Virus record (IMG/VR): IMGVR_UViG_3300043416_000063 | Span: 1 to 39,869 of that record | Reading direction: 5' to 3' (one strand) | Source of the DNA: a virus | Taxonomy: Duplodnaviria > Caudoviricetes | DNA length: 39,869 bases | Shown here: positions 1 to 6,317 of the stretch, one piece after another | Position numbering within the stretch: position 1 is the stretch's first letter | How the letters are laid out: each line of letters opens with the position of its first letter | Notes under the pieces: generated by a model | Databases searched by the model: none | What the model was told of the DNA's origin: nothing | The model's input: the letters and a program-made list of their open reading frames with translations, nothing else | Made by a program: the position numbers and the translations under genes

Positions 1-599
1 AGGCGCGTGACTTCTTCCTTGTCCAAGGCGTCCGTGTCATAGACCGTATACCGGGATGCCACCCAATCGGGCAGACTGTTCGCACGGTAGTACAGTTCTG
101 AGAACAGGTTGATGCCGCTGGGCGTGCCAATGAACATTGCCCAACCCTTGCGGTCAGACAATGCCGGCTGAATGATGTCGTTCCACACCTCGGGCTTGAT
201 CTGCGCTACCTCGTCAATGACGCAGCCGTCAAGGCGTACCCCTCGCATGGCATCAGGGTTGTCACCACCGAACAGGCGGATGGTCGCGCCGTTGTGTGCA
301 AAGGTCACCGACAAGTCAGCCTCATTGACTTCAACGGCCGCAACGCTGCGAAGTGGCAACAGTTTCTGTTTCAACCGCATCCAAGCGATTGCCTTGGCTT
401 GCTTTAGGAACGGGGCAACGTAGACAAAGAACCCAAGTTCCGCCTTGCAGCGGACGGTCTTGTCAATGAGTTCCATGATGGCTAACTCGGTCTTGCCGGC
501 ACGCCGATGCAGGGCAAGCACCGTGAACCTGCGCCGTTTGAGATGACACTCCCGCTGCCAAGGGCGCGGGGTGTAGGGCAGGCTAATTTCCTGAGCCAT
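1..599 (-). CDS. terL: Terminase large subunit, 5' part (redundant copy truncated by window edge)
   Basis: Duplicate of 38691-39289. Encodes the Walker A-like RRAGKT and Walker B-like CVIDE motifs. Confidence 0.93.
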   Translation of the reverse strand, partial: MAQEISLPYTPRPWQRECHLKRRRFTVLALHRRAGKTELAIMELIDKTVRCKAELGFFVYVAPFLKQAKAIAWMRLKQKLLPLRSVAAVEVNEADLSVTFAHNGATIRLFGGDNPDAMRGVRLDGCVIDEVAQIKPEVWNDIIQPALSDRKGWAMFIGTPSGINLFSELYYRANSLPDWVASRYTVYDTDALDKEEVTR

Positions 600-1008
600 C
601 AGGCACGCCAGTCTTGAGGGTGATGCTGATACCACCCGTGTGGTTCATATCGACCCGCTCTGCCCATCGGGCGGGGTTCCACATGCGGAGGGTCTTGAGC
701 CTGGTATCGACCTGCAAACGCCTCCAAGCGGCTTGTACGGCGTCCGTAGGCTCTGTGTCACTCAGCGTCTTGCACTCCTCAAGCATGGCTTCCTGCCCCT
801 TATCTCGAGCAAGCTTGTAAAGTGCGGCGAATTCCTCGTCTGCGTCCTTCCAATCATGGACTGTGCGGACATCCGGATTGCCCTTGCGCTTGGAGAATTC
901 AAGCAAAGTTCCCCCGGTTGACAACCAATCAAGGAGTTCGCCAGCCTTCGGATTGTTCATTACGGGTCCGCGCTTTGGCGCACCAACAGGCCGTTTAGGC
1001 TTCAACAC
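583..1008 (-). CDS. terS: Terminase small subunit (Sf6 gp1-like)
   Basis: N-terminal HTH-like ELLDWLSTGGTL...PDVRTVHDW, then RLQVDTRLK...WNPARW, directly upstream of terL. Start is probably GTG 1008 (or ATG 960), not 1185, because the longer frame overlaps the HTH gene. Confidence 0.85.
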   Translation of the reverse strand: MLKPKRPVGAPKRGPVMNNPKAGELLDWLSTGGTLLEFSKRKGNPDVRTVHDWKDADEEFAALYKLARDKGQEAMLEECKTLSDTEPTDAVQAAWRRLQVDTRLKTLRMWNPARWAERVDMNHTGGISITLKTGVPDGSGN

Positions 1009-1228
1009 GTTTCCATTGGACGGGGAACTGGGCGCGTCGTTGGTAGAGGCAGACTTTGCGGACAAAGGAACGAGAGAGGTTGACGAGCTTGGCGATACGA
1101 CGATAGCCGAGGTTTTCTTCTTCATGGAGTTCTCTGATTTGGTTGACAACTCGATCCGGCACACGGGCGCGATGATGCGTTTCACCCACGGGACAGCCGT
1201 ATTCGTTGAGTCCTACAAGTTTGGTCAT
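995..1228 (-). CDS. Small HTH DNA-binding protein (candidate late activator)
   Basis: IRELHEEENLGYRRIAKLVNLSRSFVRKV fits an HTH. ATGA-coupled to the upstream gene. The repeat-copy SNP at 1058 is synonymous in this frame only. Confidence 0.8.
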   Translation of the reverse strand: MTKLVGLNEYGCPVGETHHRARVPDRVVNQIRELHEEENLGYRRIAKLVNLSRSFVRKVCLYQRRAQFPVQWKRVEA

Positions 1229-1479
1229 GTTTGTGCGTCTCGCGCACGGAGAATGACATCAAATCCCGCTGCGTGTGCGATCTTGATGACTGAGTCAAAT
1301 GCGGGTTTGCGCTGCCCGATGACAGTGCCAGGTGTACCGAGCAAGCACCTGACGGTGTGCGCCCGGAGTATCCCGTCTGCCTCCATCCTTCGCGCTAGGC
1401 CGGAACGTGTAATCCCTGCTGCTTCGATGTGGTCGGTGACATTGCTTTTGAATTGATCGTAATCGTTAATGACTGACAT
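1225..1479 (-). CDS. XRE-like HTH regulator
   Basis: GITRSGLARRM...KPAFDSVIKIAHAAGFDVIL resembles XRE/HigA-type HTH proteins. Start moved to ATG 1479, 7 nt after a TATTCT -10 box. Confidence 0.7.
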   Translation of the reverse strand: MSVINDYDQFKSNVTDHIEAAGITRSGLARRMEADGILRAHTVRCLLGTPGTVIGQRKPAFDSVIKIAHAAGFDVILRARDAQT

Positions 1480-1492
1480 ACTTACAAGAATA
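1480..1492 (-). promoter_or_regulatory. -10 box of a leaderless promoter
   Basis: TATTCT-N7-ATG with no Shine-Dalgarno. Confidence 0.55.
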
Positions 1493-1603
1493 GCGAAGTT
1501 ATATACGCAATGCACACAACACTTGCAAGAATTATCAAGATGACAGTTGCTTCAATAAGTTTGTCATGGAAGCGGAATCGTTGGCAGTAAGGACAGTTGC
1601 ACA

Positions 1604-1864
1604 TTATTTCTTACAGAATTCGGTGAGTGCGGCGGTTGCTTTATCAAACCAAACGGTAGGTGCTTGGCCTCGTACTTTGCATACATGGACTTTGCCATGT
1701 GAATCAAGTGATGTACCTACGGTTCGTGCTGTTGAGCAAGTAAACATGATGCCATCCTCATCAATTGCCGTGAACCCTGACGCTGTAAAGGCGCAATGAA
1801 ACCCTTGCAGCTTTAAGTATCGCATGAGTTCAAATTGCGTCTGTAATGAAGTCTGTGTTTTCAT
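1604..1864 (-). CDS. Hypothetical protein, paralog of 2186-2539
   Basis: Shares YLKxxGF...GFxAxDxDGI...RT with 2186-2539 and has its own promoter. Confidence 0.75.
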   Translation of the reverse strand: MKTQTSLQTQFELMRYLKLQGFHCAFTASGFTAIDEDGIMFTCSTARTVGTSLDSHGKVHVCKVRGQAPTVWFDKATAALTEFCKK

Positions 1865-1899
1865 GCCCTAAATATACGCCCAAGTAGATTGTCACGCAA
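1865..1899 (-). promoter_or_regulatory. Sigma70-type leaderless promoter
   Basis: TTGCGT-N17-TATATT-N6-ATG. Confidence 0.65.
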
Positions 1900-2176
1900 C
1901 ATCGTCTTGCACGGCTGATGCAAAGTCATCCTCACCAGCAGCCCAAATGATTCCGTATGTCCCGTTCCCAAACCAACTAGTTTCCATTTGATCGGTGACA
2001 AACGACCGAGCTTCGGCGATGGTCATGCCCTCTTCATCGCGCAACCTGGCGGCAATCATGTCACCGGAATAAATGGCAATGACCGACCCACCTCGTCTGC
2101 GGGGCAGGAACATCTTGCCAAGCAGACATTCCGCCATGCCAAACATCAGGATTGAGGGTACGTTTCGCTTCGCCAT
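1892..2176 (-). CDS. Conserved phage hypothetical protein
   Basis: AIYSGDMIAARLRDEEGMTIAEARSF...SWFGNGT resembles a common small aquatic-phage family. TAAACT-N6-ATG start. Confidence 0.75.
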   Translation of the reverse strand: MAKRNVPSILMFGMAECLLGKMFLPRRRGGSVIAIYSGDMIAARLRDEEGMTIAEARSFVTDQMETSWFGNGTYGIIWAAGEDDFASAVQDDVA

Positions 2177-2185
2177 AAGCGAAGT

Positions 2186-2539
2186 TTACCGTTGCCGAGT
2201 TGAACTAAAAAATTTACTTGGGACGGGTCTACGCGATACGGAAAGCATGCGCGGCAACTCTTTGGCGTTCGGGTCTTTTGACCATTCAATTAACTGCTGT
2301 ACTTTCTCAGCAAACCAGTACGGCTCTTGTATGTACAGGGCATATTCCTCGCGGTATATCTTGCGTGTCGGGTGAAATATCTGTGCGCTAGTGCGGAACG
2401 GGGTTGCCTGAATGACAATCCCGTCATCGTCAACGGCCACAAATCCATTCTTGGTTTGACCGACAATAAAGCCTTCATGCTTGAGGTACATGACTGCTCG
2501 AAGAATCTTTTTCTTGTTTCGGGTGGTTGGGTAATTCAT
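2186..2539 (-). CDS. Hypothetical protein, paralog of 1604-1864
   Basis: GGAG SD and ATGA coupling to the upstream gene. Shares motifs with 1604-1864. Confidence 0.75.
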   Translation of the reverse strand: MNYPTTRNKKKILRAVMYLKHEGFIVGQTKNGFVAVDDDGIVIQATPFRTSAQIFHPTRKIYREEYALYIQEPYWFAEKVQQLIEWSKDPNAKELPRMLSVSRRPVPSKFFSSTRQR

Positions 2540-2988
2540 ACATATCTCCGTGATGACGGTAAACGAACGTGTTCAATGGCAACTGCAAGGATTCGACGGG
2601 ACTCCGGTACATGACCAAGGAACTCGCTTACCTGCTTAAGTTCTTCGTTGGTCACGTTCTTCAGCATTGCTTCAGCCCACACATCCCATTCGGCAAACTC
2701 TTCCGGGCTGATTGGGGTGCAACGCTGTAGGTCATTGCGGGTCTGCTCAACCTCACGCTCACCTACCAGGTTCTGAGGGATCAGAGCGCAATACGCCTTG
2801 TGTATCGCTGATATATCAGGCTTTGAATCGCGCACTAAACGGTGCTGGCGGATGCATCCTTGCAGCTTGTCTTGATGCAATGACCCCCACTTCTCGTTCA
2901 ATATGCTGCTCAATACAGGCTCAAGTCTCCACTTCGGCCACAGTTCGTCCATCAACTTCCGATTATCCATCCATGTAACTGTTGTCAT
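2536..2988 (-). CDS. Putative helicase loader/inhibitor-like replication protein (G39P-like pattern)
   Basis: LMDELWP...W..L....L...I..H.....KPDISAI matches the pattern of phage helicase-loader N-terminal domains. Function is inferred. Confidence 0.5.
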   Translation of the reverse strand: MTTVTWMDNRKLMDELWPKWRLEPVLSSILNEKWGSLHQDKLQGCIRQHRLVRDSKPDISAIHKAYCALIPQNLVGEREVEQTRNDLQRCTPISPEEFAEWDVWAEAMLKNVTNEELKQVSEFLGHVPESRRILAVAIEHVRLPSSRRYV

Positions 2989-3025
2989 ACGCATGAGTAT
3001 ACGCGATGCTAAAGCGGGATGTAAA
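2989..3025 (-). promoter_or_regulatory. Sigma70-type leaderless promoter
   Basis: TTTACA-N18-TATACT-N7-ATG (2988). Confidence 0.7.
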
Positions 3026-3027
3026 TC

Positions 3028-3505
3028 CGCAAGGTTAGGCGAGTGAGTTTTTCAAAGAATTTCAGCAAGGCTCAATGCCGGTGCTAGAGCGGGTCTGTAG
3101 TTCAGAAGGTAAGGACGAGATTTTTCAAATCTCTTTCAATCCCAACCACTTAAGTGCTGACGGCTGTTGATGTACATGCGCGGAGAGCGTTGAGGGAGCA
3201 TCCCCGACCGTAGTCGGAGAAGCGTACTAGCACGGTGTCGCGCATCGGTATGCCTGTTGGTCTTTCACCTTGTTTCGCGTGGACTAGACGCTGGTATGCC
3301 ACTACACCACATGCTTTCGCACGGCCATGCACCGGGATGGTGGCGCATGGACTTACTAAGTCCGTTTCCACTAGCTTTCGCCAGCGGGTCATACTCCTTA
3401 CTTGAGCCGGAGTATCGCAACTGTGTGCTATGAGGGCTGCCTCGTCGGCGATACCCATTCGTAATGCGGCTGCACACCTACCACCAAGATGTCGTAACTC
3501 TGCGT
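3028..3505 (-). ncRNA. Candidate large structured non-coding RNA (~480 nt)
   Basis: Minus-strand stems: CUGGC-GAAA-GCUAG, GUGC-GAAA-GCAU, CCGAC-UACG-GUCGG, AUACUCC/GGAGUAU, CCAUGCGCC/GGUGCAUGG, GGACUU/AAGUCC, GAGAUU/AAUCUC. Long-range pairs: GUGUGC/GCACAC and GUGCUAG/CUAGCAC. TG-T-AATAAT extended -10 at 3512-3520. No credible ORF. Confidence 0.65.
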
Positions 3506-3717
3506 GTTTGGATTATTACACCAAATACCTATAAGTTCAGAATTCCATGCTTCCAAATGGCTGTTTCACCTTGCGCCATTGGCTTGAGCCGGAATCATAG
3601 CAAGTGATCCTTGCGCCGTGGTCAGTCAAATCTCATAGTTTCCATCAGGACTTGTTGCTGCACAGGAAGCCTGGAAGATTTCGATCCACCCCGCTTTGCC
3701 TTTGGTACACTTTAAGT

Positions 3718-3796
3718 CCTTGCGCGGTTGCCTCTCAGCCGCCCCCCCGGAAGCACGGTGCGTTGACTTCGCGGTCCGCACCGTGTTCTTTTATTT
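3718..3796 (+). ncRNA. Candidate ~80-nt sRNA with intrinsic terminator
   Basis: Extended -10 TG-G-TACACT (3703-3711). Hairpin GCGGUUG-CCUCU-CAGCCGC. Terminator stem AGCACGGUGCG/CGCACCGUGUU followed by CUUUUAUUU. Confidence 0.55.
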
Positions 3797-3865
3797 CCGG
3801 AACCGGAAACACCAATCAAAGTGGAATGCTTACGCCGTAGACACATTGTGGTAACTGTGTCGATT

Positions 3866-3940
3866 CGTATGTATTTATGTACATGTGTATGCATAATTAC
3901 ACAACATGCATAAAAGTTCAAATTATTTATACATGTATGC
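3866..3940. other. AT-rich tract with short palindromes (possible origin/unwinding element)
   Basis: Much more AT-rich than its flanks. ACATGT x2, ATGCAT x2, TACATGT..ATGC repeated. Confidence 0.35.
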
Positions 3941-4098
3941 GGGCAGCAGCGCGGCCTTTAAGCAACGCGCCCTGCCCAGGCGGTAGGTTCTCATCACCCC
4001 ATTGCCGTTAACACGGGCGGTCGTACCTTACGGCTTTCTGCGCCCGCGCAAGTGGGATTCGCGCCTTGTACTTCGGTCGCTAGACCCACATCTCCGCG
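3940..4098 (-). ncRNA. Candidate ~160-nt structured RNA
   Basis: TACACT -10 at 4105-4110. Stems GCGC..GUGGG/CCCAC..GCGC, GGGCG..GCC-GUAA-GGU..CGCCC, GGGCAG.GCGCG/CGCGC..CUGCCC. Confidence 0.5.
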
Positions 4099-4112
4099 CC
4101 CAAAGTGTACCC

Positions 4113-4394
4113 CTATTCGGCGGGATTCCCGTTCACTACTCTCCGGTATCCCAATTTCCATAGCAATCGTGCAATATCCGTAGCGGTTTTGGCTACGGCA
4201 TCTTCATCAAGTTCGGGTCGAATTGCGTGCAATGCTTCGTGGATAGTCGTATCCATTCTGTCCTTCTCAGACGGCCACGTTGCGATACGGATCAGCCTGC
4301 CGGCTGCTTTGCCAGGATCAACCATGTCACCATAGTCGCGCATGTTTGAGGCAAAGCGCAGCGTCCAATACTTTCCGCCAAGTCTGATACGCAT
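4113..4394 (-). CDS. Small HExxH zinc metallopeptidase-like protein
   Basis: DTTIHEALHAI motif. Coupled to the phosphoesterase gene. Confidence 0.75.
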   Translation of the reverse strand: MRIRLGGKYWTLRFASNMRDYGDMVDPGKAAGRLIRIATWPSEKDRMDTTIHEALHAIRPELDEDAVAKTATDIARLLWKLGYRRVVNGNPAE

Positions 4395-4395
4395 G

Positions 4396-5292
4396 TCATG
4401 CCCTCCGGAAATCGCAGGCTAGACGCTGCCGATCATGCCCAAGGTCTTCAAGGAACAAACGCATGACTATCGCGCCCGTTGGTTTGGGTGGCGCACCGCG
4501 CTCAACATGAAACCCGCTGAACCCATCGCCGTACTCGTCCTTGTAAGTTCCTGTGCGAACGTGGTGCTGGGTATCAAGCTCAACTCGATACATGCCGTTC
4601 TGCGTTTGCAATCGCTCTCGCGCTAGTGCCATCCACCATTGGTCATGTGTGTGGCCGCCAACAATGACATCCGCATCAGGCGTGAATGAAGCAATACGGC
4701 GCGTGCGAAGTACGTCCGCTGTCATTACTCCACCACCACCACTACCGTGGAAGGTCTTCATAAACAGGCTGAATTTACGGGTTTTGCATGTAGCCCGAAA
4801 GATAATCCAATTGCCGTATCCCCCGGGATACACCTTGTGCTTTGACATGGTGGTCATGCGTTCGCACAATCGCTCAGTCAGGTTTGTTTCTTGATTCTTG
4901 AGTACGGCTGTTTCGTGGTTACCAAGTCCAATGCAAATGAAGTTCTTGGAATACGGCGCGTAGAACTCGGCAGCGTGGTTGACGATGCTGTCAAAGTAAT
5001 CAGGAACGGTAGCGTGTTCGGGTCGAACGCCAGCGCGATGCCGGCGCGGGTCAGCGCGTCCCTCCATAGCGCAGAACAAGTCACCTACATCAACAATGCC
5101 CCATCCCTGTTCTTGCGCTTGCTTGAGATGTTTCAGCTCAAGGCTGTGATCGGTGTGCGGGTTGTCGTGGTGTCTGTCCCCACTCAGCAGAAATTCGGCA
5201 TCGGTCTTTCTGTCAAGTTCAACATCAACACAGAACACGTTTCGGGCTTTTTGAGTGACTAGGAATAACGGCGCGGGTGGTCGTTTTGCCAT
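4396..5292 (-). CDS. Calcineurin-like metallophosphoesterase
   Basis: Motifs GDRH, VGDLF, GNHE, FHG and GHTH. Start at ATG 5292, 6 nt after TACTGT. Confidence 0.9.
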   Translation of the reverse strand: MAKRPPAPLFLVTQKARNVFCVDVELDRKTDAEFLLSGDRHHDNPHTDHSLELKHLKQAQEQGWGIVDVGDLFCAMEGRADPRRHRAGVRPEHATVPDYFDSIVNHAAEFYAPYSKNFICIGLGNHETAVLKNQETNLTERLCERMTTMSKHKVYPGGYGNWIIFRATCKTRKFSLFMKTFHGSGGGGVMTADVLRTRRIASFTPDADVIVGGHTHDQWWMALARERLQTQNGMYRVELDTQHHVRTGTYKDEYGDGFSGFHVERGAPPKPTGAIVMRLFLEDLGHDRQRLACDFRRA

Positions 5293-5365
5293 ACACGCAC
5301 AGTAGTTGCACAAGTGGTCAAATTACATTTCCAAATAAATCTAGAAATAATTGATGTTTCCACGG

Positions 5366-5425
5366 TTGACAGCCGATTATACAGGTGAGTAATCTGTTCC
5401 GAAGTCAAAGGCGCGTGCCAATGAC
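5366..5425 (+). promoter_or_regulatory. Early promoter with conserved leader hairpin
   Basis: TTGACA-N18-TAATCT, then GTCA-AA-GGC-GCGT-GCC-AA-TGAC. Similar to 9123-9180. Confidence 0.75.
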
Positions 5426-5449
5426 AACGCAACCAATGAGGATTGGAAC

Positions 5450-5701
5450 ATGTGCAAAATGAAAATGACCGTGGCGCAAGCCGTAAAGCACCCGTATGTA
5501 GCAGCAATCTATGTTGACCCGCTGCTTGCAAGCGCACGGGAAATTGCAGACTCAATCAGCCTTCGCGTTGTGCGAAGCCATGAGATTCTTGCTGGCGTTG
5601 ACCGCGACAATGACAACGCTTGGGAACTTGCGACTGACGAACTGTTTGCCGCGCAAGCTGCTTTCCTGAAGACTCACCGCGACACGGAGGTAAGCCTGTG
5701 A
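5450..5701 (+). CDS. Hypothetical early protein
   Basis: GAGGA SD. First gene after the promoter and coupled to the next ORF. Confidence 0.75.
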   Translation: MCKMKMTVAQAVKHPYVAAIYVDPLLASAREIADSISLRVVRSHEILAGVDRDNDNAWELATDELFAAQAAFLKTHRDTEVSL

Positions 5702-6003
5702 ACATCTTTGATTACGCCGAGGCTCAACGCCGCAAAGAAGTAGGTATGCACCAAGCGGCCGAGGCTCGTCCCGGTCTGCTTGCTGACGCGCAGGCAATTG
5801 CAAAGCGGGTTGCATCGCGTTGGGAAGTCGTTACATCAGATGACGTAGCGGCCGAAATGATGGCAGCTGGACTGCGGTACGAGGATCTAGGAAACGCAGC
5901 CGGCAGCGTGTTTCGTGCTGAGTTTGCGTGGACTGGCAAAGTTACTTCTTCAATTCGTGCATCAACGCACGGGCGAATGATTAAGGTTTGGAGGCTCAAA
6001 TGA
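5698..6003 (+). CDS. Hypothetical protein (possible winged-helix DNA-binding)
   Basis: GGAGG SD and GTGA overlap. TSDDV...NAAGSVF...STHGRMIKVW is a recurrent phage pattern. Confidence 0.8.
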   Translation: MNIFDYAEAQRRKEVGMHQAAEARPGLLADAQAIAKRVASRWEVVTSDDVAAEMMAAGLRYEDLGNAAGSVFRAEFAWTGKVTSSIRASTHGRMIKVWRLK

Positions 6004-6317
6004 CAAAGCAAATCATGCAAATAGATGTGTTGTCCGAATGGGTAAGCGATGACCAAGTTGCCGAATACCTAAGCGAACACGTTGTTACCGCAACGCTTGA
6101 AGTGCATTGGCAATACCACAAGCCAGGACACTACACCGGGGTACATGGTTGGGAATTGATTTCTTGGAACATCCTTGAAATTGCGCTTGACGATGTTGAG
6201 TTGACTGACCAAGACATGGTTCCATCAGACTTTCCAATGCCCGAGGTACGCGCCGCCATTGAAGACGCGGAGCCAGTTCGTAAACACATTGCTGATCGAC
6301 CACCGGAGGACGAATGA
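6000..6317 (+). CDS. Acidic hypothetical protein
   Basis: GGAGG SD. ATGA coupling at both ends. Confidence 0.75.
   Translation: MTKQIMQIDVLSEWVSDDQVAEYLSEHVVTATLEVHWQYHKPGHYTGVHGWELISWNILEIALDDVELTDQDMVPSDFPMPEVRAAIEDAEPVRKHIADRPPEDE

Larger units (their letters stand above)
1..1179. repeat. Terminal direct repeat, copy 1 (imperfect)
   Basis: Aligns gap-free with 38691-39869 at offset 38,690. About 43 substitutions counted by eye. Confidence 0.97.

Noticed and set aside
961-970. CGGACCCGTA as a fourth late-promoter copy
   Set aside because: Two mismatches, inside terS coding sequence, and no TAnnnT 17 nt downstream.
1-1179. DGR template/variable repeat pair (BPP-1 relatives carry DGRs)
   Set aside because: Differences are not adenine-specific, are mostly synonymous and lie in terminase. 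No reverse transcriptase is present.
1009-1185. N-terminal extension of TerS in the ORF track
   Set aside because: Low-complexity Ser-rich shadow of the HTH gene. The allele difference at 1058 is silent only in the HTH frame.
1225-1479. Lysogeny module
   Set aside because: An XRE-like gene is present, but no integrase, att site or partition genes were recognised.
3150-3921. ORFs 3150-3458, 3265-3477, 3604-3840 and 3712-3921
   Set aside because: No SD or coupling and non-protein-like composition. Better explained by RNA structure.
3028-4098. tRNA, tmRNA, group I intron or hammerhead identity for the structured region
   Set aside because: No cloverleaf or T-loop consensus. GACUA/UAGUC occur in the wrong order for P7 and no host gene is interrupted. 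No CUGAUGA core.
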